Shown here piece after piece: positions 39,545 through 49,005 of a stretch of DNA of 64,000 nucleotides; within the stretch, counting starts at the first letter, position 1; each line of letters begins with the position of its first letter. This stretch comes from Candidatus Magasanikbacteria bacterium CG10_big_fil_rev_8_21_14_0_10_47_10 (GTDB lineage Bacteria; Patescibacteriota; Patescibacteriia; Magasanikbacterales; UBA922), in the NCBI GenBank assembly GCA_002773135.1, contig PFCB01000028.1, forward strand, positions 4,203-68,202, in the 5' to 3' direction. The position numbers and the translations under genes were made by a program. The notes beneath the pieces were generated by a model that saw only the letters and a program-made list of their open reading frames with translations, was not told the DNA's origin and searched no databases.

Positions 39545-39939
39545 ACAGCTGAATAGTCCGCCTCTGAATATGAATCCGCTTTTGCCGGATCAAATAGCGT
39601 CGCACGATATTCAATGAATATCACATCTGTCAGGGCCTCCATTTCATGGTATACATCCTTTTCAATTATCACATACGACATTGGATCAATATCCTGGCGC
39701 AGATCCTCCCCTTTTCTATTTTTTGCATACAATCGAATTTGTCCGGAAATCAAAAAAAATAGCTCCGGATCTTTTGAAGGATCAATGCCGGTATGGAAAT
39801 GATTTGCAAATGTACTGCCCTGCTTTCGCGTATACAGCGTCACTTGCTTGCCGGGAAGATTCCGGAACAACTCAAAAACATCACCACGATCATCCGATGG
39901 GCTGTTTGAGACACCCTTTGTGATGGTAATGCCTTTCAT
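39541..39939 (-). CDS. Cupin-fold protein (sugar isomerase/epimerase-like)
   Basis: DDRG, NHFH....E, YHEM metal-binding pattern. Confidence 0.75.
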   Translation of the reverse strand: MKGITITKGVSNSPSDDRGDVFELFRNLPGKQVTLYTRKQGSTFANHFHTGIDPSKDPELFFLISGQIRLYAKNRKGEDLRQDIDPMSYVIIEKDVYHEMEALTDVIFIEYRATLFDPAKADSYSEADYSAV

Positions 39940-39940
39940 A

Positions 39941-40696
39941 TTAGGTGTTGAGCGCCTCCTTAAAAAACTGCATGTTTTTGACATCATTTGACAATCCATC
40001 CTGCTTGGGTGTTTCAAAAACGAGCTGCGCATCTGATTGAATAAATCGGTTATTCAACTCGCTGCGAACCCAGGCAGCGTCAATGCGGCTCTCCCACAAA
40101 TTTGTATGCTCATCCACGGCATGAGATATGTCGCCTCCGGAAATATGAAAATATGTTGGCTTCAACGCATCCAAGCAGTCTGCTACAAATGTTTTGTAAT
40201 CAAGCCCTTGATAGACCGCCGCTTTTGCTGCCTTTTCAAAATCAAAGCAAATTGGTTTGACTGCGGCGATCTGCTTAAGCTGTTCAAGCGTTTGTGCGTA
40301 CATTGGCTGCTCGTTGGTATCAAGACCTGCCATGTTTTCTATCAGAATGCGCGGATCATCAATCCTCTCCAGCTCATGAAAAAATGATTCAAACGTATGA
40401 TTCTGCCCGGGATGAACAATAATCTTCTGCGCGCCCAGATAATCAGCAAGCCGTCTGGTTCCCTCCCATATTTTTAATTGCTCGGGGCCAATCATGAACT
40501 CGTGAAATCCGCTTGTATGGGTATGATGAATTTCAACTGGCACCTCTTGGAGCGAGTCAAAATGTTCCATTTCATCAGCGGATCCCGGGTTGTGGTACAG
40601 TTCAATAAAATCAACAATCCCTTTCTTGTATAGCAAAACGGCCTCTGTAAAAAGGTCTTTATTATTGGTCCAAAGCTTTAATCCGTACTTAATCAT
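39941..40696 (-). CDS. Xylose isomerase-like / AP-endonuclease-2 TIM-barrel protein
   Basis: FIELY, IIVHPG, LIENM, CFD, FHISG, H, VFET metal-site pattern. Confidence 0.75.
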   Translation of the reverse strand: MIKYGLKLWTNNKDLFTEAVLLYKKGIVDFIELYHNPGSADEMEHFDSLQEVPVEIHHTHTSGFHEFMIGPEQLKIWEGTRRLADYLGAQKIIVHPGQNHTFESFFHELERIDDPRILIENMAGLDTNEQPMYAQTLEQLKQIAAVKPICFDFEKAAKAAVYQGLDYKTFVADCLDALKPTYFHISGGDISHAVDEHTNLWESRIDAAWVRSELNNRFIQSDAQLVFETPKQDGLSNDVKNMQFFKEALNT

Positions 40697-41154
40697 ACAG
40701 GAATAGCTTTGGTCATGTGCAGCCACGCATCATCACGCGTCCGTTCCGTAAAGCCATATTTGGAAAGAAGCCTTTGCGAGCCACTGTTTGTACGAGAAAC
40801 AATCGCGTGAATCTCTGCTCCCTTCTGCATCATGGCAAGCGTTTCTCCAAGAAGCCGCGAGCCCACGCCTTGCCCATGATATGCAGGATCAAGGGCAATG
40901 GAAAGCACATACGATCCATCATTATCAACATCATATCGGCAATACCCGATGACCTCAGCCGCAGTACGCATCACATAACAACGATTGAGCCCGCCACCTA
41001 TATATGCCTTGGTAAACCACTGAATGTGGTTTGAAAGAGCCGGTATCTCTTTGGTCCGTGCAAAGGCATTCACTTCCGAAGAATACCGAATACGCCAGAC
41101 AGCCTCTGCATCATCCGCGTTTGCTTCATCGATTGTCATTTGAGCAGGCTCCAT
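40693..41154 (-). CDS. GNAT N-acetyltransferase (PseH-like)
   Basis: H..WF, IGYCRYD, YHGQGVG, N.GSQRL..KYGF; adjacent to pseI. Confidence 0.8.
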   Translation of the reverse strand: MEPAQMTIDEANADDAEAVWRIRYSSEVNAFARTKEIPALSNHIQWFTKAYIGGGLNRCYVMRTAAEVIGYCRYDVDNDGSYVLSIALDPAYHGQGVGSRLLGETLAMMQKGAEIHAIVSRTNSGSQRLLSKYGFTERTRDDAWLHMTKAIPV

Positions 41155-41159
41155 ATGGG

Positions 41160-42263
41160 TTACAGGTCACTGCGTCCTTCCATGCCAATAATCTGACGCC
41201 ACGCGAGCGGTGTTCCGGACTCAATATCTTCCGCAGCGGCCTTTCCCAATACTTCTTCATAATACCTCGGCTGCAGCCCAAAATTCGGGCGAATCACGCG
41301 AATCGTATCCGGTGTAAAAATATCCCCTTTTTTAATATCGCGTGTCACAAAAATGGATTTTCGATATCTGATATTGTGTTCCTCCGGCTTGCTCTGGATT
41401 CCATAATTCACTTTTCCCTTTATTTTTTCGGCGCGGCGCACATCGCGCACAAATTGCGTAAATTCTGCAGGCCCCACAGAAAAATTTGCGTCAAATGTTT
41501 TGTCATCAGAATCGGCCACAACATGCTTTTCAATCATTGACGCTCCCATAATCGCCGCCTGCAATGGAATTTCACTGCCGGCGTTATTATCAGAAAATCC
41601 AACAACCACATCAAATTGCTTCGCAATATCCAGCATGGTGGCCATATTGGTGTCTTCGGGCTGAGGATCACCCGAATACGCGGTCACGCAATGAAAAATA
41701 CCAATATCACTTGCTCCATGCTGACGCAACGTATCAACAGCCAACTTGATTTCTTGTTCCGATGCAAAGCCCGTTGACATGATCACCGGCTTCCCCGTCT
41801 GCGCAATGCGTTTGAGAAGTGGAATATCAGTGACTTCGTAGGAAGCGACTTTATATAAAGGAACATCTAATGTCTCCAAAAAATCAACTGCGGTCGAATC
41901 AAATGGCGTGCTAAAAAAAACAAGATCCAATTCCTCTGCGATTTTCTGCAATGGCGCGTGCCACTCACGCGGTGTATACGCCTTTTGATAAATACTATAC
42001 AATGTCTCACCGGTCCACGAATCAGGATTACCACCACCGCCCACTTGAAAATATTCTTTTCTTGAATCAATGGTCATCCCGTCGGCAGTGTATGTTTGCA
42101 ACTTGATCGCATCCGCCCCGGCCGCGGCCGCGGCCTTCACAATATCAACCGCTTTTTCATACACGCCGCCATGATTTGCAGACATTTCGGCAATAATAAA
42201 ACACGGATTGTTTCCACCAATCTCCCGCTTCCCCTTTGGCGTGTTGATCGTAAATGTCTGCAT
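41160..42263 (-). CDS. pseI: Pseudaminic acid synthase (NeuB family)
   Basis: IIAEMSANHGG, AIKLQTYT, FSTPFD, KVASYE, IEKH, C-terminal SAF domain (IRP..GL.P). Confidence 0.85.
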   Translation of the reverse strand: MQTFTINTPKGKREIGGNNPCFIIAEMSANHGGVYEKAVDIVKAAAAAGADAIKLQTYTADGMTIDSRKEYFQVGGGGNPDSWTGETLYSIYQKAYTPREWHAPLQKIAEELDLVFFSTPFDSTAVDFLETLDVPLYKVASYEVTDIPLLKRIAQTGKPVIMSTGFASEQEIKLAVDTLRQHGASDIGIFHCVTAYSGDPQPEDTNMATMLDIAKQFDVVVGFSDNNAGSEIPLQAAIMGASMIEKHVVADSDDKTFDANFSVGPAEFTQFVRDVRRAEKIKGKVNYGIQSKPEEHNIRYRKSIFVTRDIKKGDIFTPDTIRVIRPNFGLQPRYYEEVLGKAAAEDIESGTPLAWRQIIGMEGRSDL

Positions 42264-42272
42264 ATACGGTAG

Positions 42273-43415
42273 CTACGTGGATTGATGCCCAACGCACTCT
42301 TTTATCGTTTCAATAACATACGCTTGCTCATCGGGCTGCAAGGTTGGATATATTGGCAGTGACAAGATAGACTCATACCATTTTTCAGCAACAGGACAGT
42401 GCCCTTTTTGATATCCTAGTGAACGGTAGTATGGGTGGTAATAAACCGGAATATAGTGCACCTGCACCCACATATTTTTTGCTCTCAATGCGGCGAATAC
42501 CTCTGCCCGCTTTCCCTCTGCCGCACCGGCGAGCCGAATAACATATAAATGCCACGCGGATTGGTACAGGGAGTCGTCCGCCATGGGTGTCTCAATTTCC
42601 GTAACCGACGCAAATGCGTCATGATAGCGTGCGGCAATATCACGCCTTTTGGCAATAAACTCATTAAGCTTGCCAAGTTGACTCCTCCCCAGTGCCGCGT
42701 GGATATCGCTCAGCCGGTAATTATTGCCAAGCAACTGCATCTCATGATACCAACCCCCCGGTGATTCGGATTGCAAGTCTGTGCTCGTTATCCCATGCGT
42801 GGCAAACTGTTTCATTGTTTTATATACATGACGGTCGTTGGTCAACACTGCTCCCCCTTCCCCTGTTGTAATGCTTTTGACCGGATGAAAACTAAACGCT
42901 GTCATATCGGCAATTGATCCAACCATTTTTTCATTGTACGTTGCTCCCAGCGCGTGGCAACCATCTGCAATAACCAAGAGCCCATGACGGTCCGCGATTG
43001 CGCGAATAGCATCATAATCAACCGGACGCCCCGTATAGTCGATAGGAACAATGGCCTTTGTCCGCGGTGTGATTGCCGCTTCAATTTTTGATGGATCAAT
43101 GTTGCCGGTTGCTGGATCAATATCAACAAAAATGGGCGTTGCTCCCTGGAACAATGCGGCGTTCCCGGTTGCGGCAAACGTCATGGGGGATGTAATAATT
43201 TCATCACCCGGGCCAATGCCCGCGGCAACATACGCGGCATGCAGGGCCGCTGTCCCGTTTGAAACGGCAACCGCATATGACGCGCCACAAAAATCCGCCA
43301 GCGCTTCTTCAAACGCTGTTACTGCCGGCCCCTGAGTCAGATAGTCCGAGCGAAGAACACTGACAACAGCATCAATATCATCATCTCCAATAGTTTGTTT
43401 GCCGTAGGATATCAT
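42273..43415 (-). CDS. pseC: UDP-4-amino-4,6-dideoxy-N-acetyl-beta-L-altrosamine transaminase
   Basis: YGKQ.I, LTQGP, NGTAALH, FSFHPVKSITTGEGG, NYRLSDI, QVHYIPV. Confidence 0.87.
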   Translation of the reverse strand: MISYGKQTIGDDDIDAVVSVLRSDYLTQGPAVTAFEEALADFCGASYAVAVSNGTAALHAAYVAAGIGPGDEIITSPMTFAATGNAALFQGATPIFVDIDPATGNIDPSKIEAAITPRTKAIVPIDYTGRPVDYDAIRAIADRHGLLVIADGCHALGATYNEKMVGSIADMTAFSFHPVKSITTGEGGAVLTNDRHVYKTMKQFATHGITSTDLQSESPGGWYHEMQLLGNNYRLSDIHAALGRSQLGKLNEFIAKRRDIAARYHDAFASVTEIETPMADDSLYQSAWHLYVIRLAGAAEGKRAEVFAALRAKNMWVQVHYIPVYYHPYYRSLGYQKGHCPVAEKWYESILSLPIYPTLQPDEQAYVIETIKECVGHQST

Positions 43416-44398
43416 ATTGATGCAAGAAGCTCTTTTAATGTCTGCTCATTGAGCCACACTGGATTATTGTCACTGGAGTAAAAAAAATCTTTGCGTACAT
43501 CAGGCAAATTCTCGTATACACTTCGCAGCCGTTCATCCCCATGTGGCAAAATAACAAAATGCCGATCCGTCTCTTTTGCGTTTCTCGCTTCCTCCTTTGT
43601 CACCAAGGTCTCATGCATTTTTTCTCCGGGACGAATCCCAACTTCATGAATCCGGCACTCCGGAGCAACAATAGCAATAAACTCTTGAACCTTCATGCTT
43701 GGAATTTTTGGAATAAACATTTCTCCGCCGTGCATGTGTTCCAAGGCGTGGAGAACCAAGTCAACACCGGCATCAAGCGTGATCCAAAATCGTGTCATTT
43801 CCGAATGTGTCAAGGTGATCGCGCCGGTTGCTCGTTGACGTTCAATCACTTGCAACAGGCTTCCGCGACTTCCCAACACATTGCCATAGCGCACAACACT
43901 CATGCGTGTCGCGCGATCATTAAAGGCGGTTGAACTGCTCACAACCAATTTTTCAGCGCAAAGCTTTGTCGCGCCGTACAAATTTGCCGGCCCTGCCGCC
44001 TTGTCGGTCGATACCAGTACCAACCGTTGTACATTATTGTCCACTGCCGCCTGAATCACGTTTTGCGTCCCCAAAATATTTGTTTTAATCGCCTCAAACG
44101 GATTATACTCAAGCGCGGGCACCTGCTTGAGCGCGGCGGCATGCACGACATAGTCCACGCCACAAAATGCGCTGCGGAGTCTATCAATATCACGAACATC
44201 ACCAATAAAAAAACGAAGTTTACCCTGCGGATCCTCAATATCAGTCATCATGACTGATTGCTTGAGCTCATCACGACTAAAAATAATAATGCGCCGCGCA
44301 TCGCTGTCCGCCAGCAAGCGTCGAATAAACTGCTGACCGAATGATCCGGTCCCGCCGGTGATCAAAATTGACTTATTTTTGAGAAATTCGAGAGACAT
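43412..44398 (-). CDS. pseB: UDP-N-acetylglucosamine 4,6-dehydratase (inverting)
   Basis: TGGTGSFG, SRDELKQ, HAAALKQVP..EYNP.E, STDKA, YGATK, RYGNV.GSRGS, MTRFWI, GIRPGEKMHE. Confidence 0.9.
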   Translation of the reverse strand: MSLEFLKNKSILITGGTGSFGQQFIRRLLADSDARRIIIFSRDELKQSVMMTDIEDPQGKLRFFIGDVRDIDRLRSAFCGVDYVVHAAALKQVPALEYNPFEAIKTNILGTQNVIQAAVDNNVQRLVLVSTDKAAGPANLYGATKLCAEKLVVSSSTAFNDRATRMSVVRYGNVLGSRGSLLQVIERQRATGAITLTHSEMTRFWITLDAGVDLVLHALEHMHGGEMFIPKIPSMKVQEFIAIVAPECRIHEVGIRPGEKMHETLVTKEEARNAKETDRHFVILPHGDERLRSVYENLPDVRKDFFYSSDNNPVWLNEQTLKELLASI

Positions 44399-44421
44399 AG
44401 AGTGGTTAAAAGACAAAGAAT

Positions 44422-44450
44422 ATCATAGCACCTTTTGGTGCGAAAAGCAA
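44422..44450 (-). promoter_or_regulatory. sigma70-like promoter of the pse sub-operon with a dyad in the spacer
   Basis: TTGCTT-N17-TATGAT; the spacer contains GCACC-AAAA-GGTGC. Confidence 0.55.
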
Positions 44451-44463
44451 GGGCGTGGAGAGG

Positions 44464-45561
44464 TTATTTTTCATATGTATTTCTTTCCCTAATTATTGCG
44501 AGTATCTGCTCAGCCACGCGTCCTTTTCCGTACAAGTCGCGCCACTGAATATCTTTGGTATACATCGTTTTTGCGGCTGATGCCATTGCCTCAGGACTCA
44601 CGTCAGATAAGCAATTCATCCCCGCCTCAACAGTCTCCGGCCGCTCCGTGCGTACCCGAATTGTAACACAGGGAACATGCAAAATGCTGGCTTCTTCTTG
44701 CAAACCACCGGAATCTGTAACAATAAGAGCCGCGTGTGCCTGGAGCTGCAAAAAATCAAGGTACCCCATAGGCTCAATGGTGCGAACAGCGTCAGGAACA
44801 TCAAGTCCAAAGGATTGAATATTATGTTTTGTCCGCGGATGCACAGGGAGCACAAGCGGCATCTGCAGTTCCTCCGATATACGCGACAACCCGAGCAAAA
44901 TGTTGTTCAGGACATTTTTTTGGTCGACATTTTCTGCCCGATGCGCTGTCACCAATACGTACTTCTTCTTTTCAAGTCCAAGCATGCTGCACACATTTTC
45001 ACGTGATTCGGATATCGCAAGATTTTGATAAACCGCATCTGACACAGTATTCCCGGTTACATATACCTTCTCTGCCGCTATCCCTTCATCCAAAAGATTT
45101 GTTTTTGCAATTCCCGTCGGCGCAAACAGATACTCGGCGAGATGATCTGTAAGGATCCTATTTCTTTCCTCTATCATGTTCATATCCCCACTGCGTAAAC
45201 CGGCTTCTACATGCCCAATCGGTATCTGCAATTTGTTTGCCGCCAACGCCCCGGCAAGCACGGTATTTGTATCGCCCTGCACCAACACAATATCGGGGCA
45301 GGCCTGCTTCAACACAGTCTCCAAAGCTCTCATCATATACCCCATTTGTGACGCATAGTCACGACTCCCCACACGCACGTTATGCGCAGGCGGGGAAAGG
45401 CCAAGATCGTCAAAAAAGGCGCCATCCATTGTGTGATCATAATGCTGTCCCGTATGTATCAAAACAAACGCGACCCCGTTACTCTCACAGGCCCGAATAA
45501 CCGGCGACATTTTGATAATTTCCGGGCGCGTTCCTACAATAATGGCGACAGTATAGGGCAT
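44464..45561 (-). CDS. wecB: UDP-N-acetylglucosamine 2-epimerase (non-hydrolysing)
   Basis: GTRPEIIK, HTGQH, QGDT, HVEAGLRS, EERNR, TAHRAEN, TDSGGLQEEA, TERPE. Confidence 0.92.
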   Translation of the reverse strand: MPYTVAIIVGTRPEIIKMSPVIRACESNGVAFVLIHTGQHYDHTMDGAFFDDLGLSPPAHNVRVGSRDYASQMGYMMRALETVLKQACPDIVLVQGDTNTVLAGALAANKLQIPIGHVEAGLRSGDMNMIEERNRILTDHLAEYLFAPTGIAKTNLLDEGIAAEKVYVTGNTVSDAVYQNLAISESRENVCSMLGLEKKKYVLVTAHRAENVDQKNVLNNILLGLSRISEELQMPLVLPVHPRTKHNIQSFGLDVPDAVRTIEPMGYLDFLQLQAHAALIVTDSGGLQEEASILHVPCVTIRVRTERPETVEAGMNCLSDVSPEAMASAAKTMYTKDIQWRDLYGKGRVAEQILAIIRERNTYEK

Positions 45562-45562
45562 A

Positions 45563-46747
45563 TCAAAAATTTAAATGGCGCAATGTATGAAAAAGTGATA
45601 CATATCGCGCCGTGGTATTACGCACATGAAATATCTCAGCCTCATGATCCTTTCTGATCGGGTGTTCATCACCGCAAATCAAGCCCGCCATATATGTGGC
45701 AAGTGCCTCTGTCTCTGAGTAAGAAAATGAACGATATCCAACTTGAGTAAGAACCGCCGCTGTCGGGCTGTTGTCTGGCGTTATTCCAATAATCGCACTT
45801 CCACTCCCAACATAATCTATCACCTTTGATGGGAGAAACGGACTATCCGGATAGTTAGCGTCAATTGCAATCAGGCAGTCTGCCCGAGTCATATGTTCCA
45901 AGCTTGTTTCATACGAAACCGGGTCAGATACCATTACAATATCCGCAAGGTCATACTTCTTTACCAGATTCATTACATCATCCTTTCCATAGCCGGAATA
46001 GGGATTGCTTGCACCAATAAGATGTACGCGCACCCGTGATCTCAGCTCCGGCTTTTCCCGCAGCATACGGCTCAGAGAATCAAACAAGACAGAAGGGGTA
46101 CGCTGTTTGTAAAAAGCGCCGATGTGGCTCAACACAAATTTTGAACGGCCAGGCTTCGCCGCCGCGGGATATTCAGAATAACAATGTGGCACAACCAGTG
46201 CCTTCTCTTGGAAAGAAGCCGGGTATTTACTCATTACCACTCTTTTTGCCACGTCATTGGTAAAAATAATACTGTCACTCTGCTTCATGACAAATGCTTC
46301 ACGTCTTTTTTCCAAAATACCTCCCATGCCGGAAAATGCCTTATATGGATTGTCGATCCATGGATCACTAAAATGAGAGACAAAAGGTCGCTTCAAAATC
46401 TTTTTGAGCATGGCTCCCAGAATGTTGCTATCCTGCGGATTGGAAAATGAAAATATCACATCAATATCATGTTCCGCGCAAATAGCAACAACTCGTTTTT
46501 TGAGATCCCGAAAATACCGCGTCCTGTACATGGCTCGCTTGAATCGGCCAAGCAGGCCACTCCCACCGCATGAAAACTGGGGGATGAAATATACCGGAAA
46601 GTCGCTTTTATACACCTGCTCGCTTTCATACGTAACCACTACCGGATCAATCCCCTGCTTGTGCCATTCCGGTAACATTTTGCCAATTAAAATAGCTTGC
46701 GGGCGAATGGCCGGTGGTGTCCAGAAGCTGAGTACAAGAATCTTCAT
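45563..46747 (-). CDS. GT-B glycosyltransferase (GT4-like)
   Basis: FSDPW, HIG.FY..R.P, LPSKVIDY. Confidence 0.8.
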   Translation of the reverse strand: MKILVLSFWTPPAIRPQAILIGKMLPEWHKQGIDPVVVTYESEQVYKSDFPVYFIPQFSCGGSGLLGRFKRAMYRTRYFRDLKKRVVAICAEHDIDVIFSFSNPQDSNILGAMLKKILKRPFVSHFSDPWIDNPYKAFSGMGGILEKRREAFVMKQSDSIIFTNDVAKRVVMSKYPASFQEKALVVPHCYSEYPAAAKPGRSKFVLSHIGAFYKQRTPSVLFDSLSRMLREKPELRSRVRVHLIGASNPYSGYGKDDVMNLVKKYDLADIVMVSDPVSYETSLEHMTRADCLIAIDANYPDSPFLPSKVIDYVGSGSAIIGITPDNSPTAAVLTQVGYRSFSYSETEALATYMAGLICGDEHPIRKDHEAEIFHVRNTTARYVSLFHTLRHLNF

Positions 46748-46748
46748 A

Positions 46749-48011
46749 TTATGACATGAGTGGTTTCCCGTGAACAAGAAGATATTTAAACCAGGATCCG
46801 GCGAGCAAGGAGGTAACAATTGCAATAAGCACGAGCGTAACAAAAAACATTTCATTAATAATACCAAGATCAAACGCTACCGTGGCAAGGACTATGCCGG
46901 GACCACCGCGCGTATTCATAGCCACGGCAAAATTCACGCTGGTCAGCCAATCTTGCTTTGCAAGACGGGCGGCAAACAATGTGCCCGCAGCCTCAAAGGC
47001 AGTAGTAAACACCAGAAACCCAATGAAGAATGAAATATCAAGGTGATGTATAAGATCCAACTTCAGCCCAACAATGGCAAAATACAGGGGAATGAAAAAA
47101 GCCAATGACATATCTTTGATTCCCGTTTTGACCGTGGCAAACGTCTCTTCCGGCAGTGTTCCCACAACAATACCCGCAAGGAAAGCCCCAAATACAATGT
47201 TCACATTAAGAATACTCGCGATTGCCGCAAACAAAAAACAGATAAAAAGAGTATATGCCGCAACAGATGATTTAATGAGAAAATTTAAACGGAGGGTGTT
47301 AGTGTACCGAATCAGTTTTGGCATTACAAAAAGCGTAACGGCAAAAAAGGAGCACGTTATCAAAATGGTTGTTATGATGTTCGATTGAGTCAACGAGTCA
47401 CTGCTCACCAGTCCTGTGGCAATTGCGAGCGCAACCCACAAGAGAACATCCTGAATCGTGGCGGTCGACAGAACAATTCTGGCAAAGCGTGTATGTATTA
47501 TTTTTAAATCCAAAAAAATTCGAGATATCACGGGAATCGATGTGACGGCCATCGCAATGGCTATCACCATTGTCAGAGCTGCCATATTCCCCTTTACCCC
47601 AAGGACGGAAGAAAAATCGTAGTACTGTGGAGATAGCCAGCCGACAACAAATGGTATCGCCGTTGCGCCAATAATAAGAGCCCCAATAATCTTTTTATCA
47701 CCCTTGTTTACTGTTTGCCGCAGCTCAAATCCTGAAATGAACATCAGCAGTATCAACCCCATCCAGGAAAGTATTGCAAGCAGTTTCCCCTCACCATCAA
47801 ACGCGTGAAAGAGCCAGCTATATATGTTTGGAAACATGTACCCCAATACGGTCGGCCCCATCACAAGACCACCAACAATTTCGCCGATAACCTTTGGCAT
47901 CCTGTATTTTTGAAACAAATAGCCGCCATAATGCGCCGCAGCCAAAAGAATCACAATCGCCAAAAAAAAATGCGTTAATTCAAAATTTGTGAGTGTGATA
48001 AATTCCGGCAT
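46749..48011 (-). CDS. Cation/H+ antiporter (CPA2, Kef-type membrane domain)
   Basis: P.VIGEIVGG..MGPT, SGFE, TSIPV, D..LW, GAFLAG, FFIPLYF..VG, MNTRG. Confidence 0.88.
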   Translation of the reverse strand: MPEFITLTNFELTHFFLAIVILLAAAHYGGYLFQKYRMPKVIGEIVGGLVMGPTVLGYMFPNIYSWLFHAFDGEGKLLAILSWMGLILLMFISGFELRQTVNKGDKKIIGALIIGATAIPFVVGWLSPQYYDFSSVLGVKGNMAALTMVIAIAMAVTSIPVISRIFLDLKIIHTRFARIVLSTATIQDVLLWVALAIATGLVSSDSLTQSNIITTILITCSFFAVTLFVMPKLIRYTNTLRLNFLIKSSVAAYTLFICFLFAAIASILNVNIVFGAFLAGIVVGTLPEETFATVKTGIKDMSLAFFIPLYFAIVGLKLDLIHHLDISFFIGFLVFTTAFEAAGTLFAARLAKQDWLTSVNFAVAMNTRGGPGIVLATVAFDLGIINEMFFVTLVLIAIVTSLLAGSWFKYLLVHGKPLMS

Positions 48012-48016
48012 ATGAG

Positions 48017-48562
48017 CTACTCATTTTCACGATACGGATGAAAAATCACCCCATGCAATTCGAGGATATCTATCCCGCATGCTTTGGCTTTCTGTCTGGC
48101 CTGCTCAATCAGCTCCATAAAAAGCTCGTGGTCTCTATCTATATCTATATACAAATCTTCTTTGTCGAGCATGATATATTTCGCGTCGATTTTTTGAATA
48201 ATTGATTCAAGATTATCAATGCCCGTCTTTGTTTCAATTTTTGGTACCAGTCCCACGTGGGGGGGCAACTGAACGCGGATTTTGTATATTTCTTCCGGAT
48301 CTTCCACATTTGATACAGCAAAGTGCTTTATATGCGGGAACCGATCGACCAATGTGATCGTATCCTCCAGCGAAATGCTTGGCCGTGGCGGTTTTGACCT
48401 TCCTTGCGGATAGTCCAAATATACGTCATAGTCGACAAGCTCGCCTAATAGCTTCACAAGCGCGTCTCTATCCTTTAGCCAAGCAACATTAATCCGGATG
48501 ACGGCGTCCGCCGGGACATTCAAAGGGGTGGCCGTAAGAAGATGATTTGAAATGACAAGCAT
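48017..48562 (-). CDS. Pyruvate kinase/HpcH-like (PEP/pyruvate-binding TIM barrel) protein
   Basis: RIN, LD..G.R.K, SNVE, KIET..GIDNL..I, MLD..DL mirror the pyruvate kinase barrel motifs in only 181 aa. Confidence 0.7.
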   Translation of the reverse strand: MLVISNHLLTATPLNVPADAVIRINVAWLKDRDALVKLLGELVDYDVYLDYPQGRSKPPRPSISLEDTITLVDRFPHIKHFAVSNVEDPEEIYKIRVQLPPHVGLVPKIETKTGIDNLESIIQKIDAKYIMLDKEDLYIDIDRDHELFMELIEQARQKAKACGIDILELHGVIFHPYRENE

Positions 48563-48567
48563 AAGTT

Positions 48568-49005
48568 TTATTTAAGATCCTGAATTTTTTTGATAATTTG
48601 GCTTGTTGATATGCCATCGTGATAGCCAAGCTTTACGATAACACCGCCAACCTCGGCAATTGCGCCCGCTCCCGGCGTCTCCTCGCCTTCCCCCCACCCT
48701 GCTCCTGGACCTTTGGCAAGGATATGAGGCTTTACCAACCGAATATTCTTACATGGCGTGAGCTGATCTTGTATCATGACTTCGTCAACGCACGACAAAT
48801 GCTCTACGACGTACAATCGCTGTTCCTGACTTATGATAGGACGACGCTTAAACTCTTCGGCAACTTCATCGGTAAAAATTCCAACAACAAGTTTGTCGCC
48901 CAGCGCTCTTGCCTCCTTGAGGAGTTCAACATGGCCGCTATGAAGCATATCAAATACTCCATATGTATAGACAATTTTTTGTTCGCTATTCATAGTATGA
49001 TTCAT
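48568..49005 (-). CDS. Cytidylyltransferase (TagD/RfaE-II-like, HxGH)
   Basis: GVFDMLHSGH, KRRP, VDEV, ISTS.I. Confidence 0.9.
   Translation of the reverse strand: MNHTMNSEQKIVYTYGVFDMLHSGHVELLKEARALGDKLVVGIFTDEVAEEFKRRPIISQEQRLYVVEHLSCVDEVMIQDQLTPCKNIRLVKPHILAKGPGAGWGEGEETPGAGAIAEVGGVIVKLGYHDGISTSQIIKKIQDLK

Noticed and set aside
48017-49005. Phosphonate biosynthesis (PEP mutase) cluster
   Set aside because: The barrel protein lacks the EDKxxxxxNS motif, and no phosphonopyruvate decarboxylase is present.
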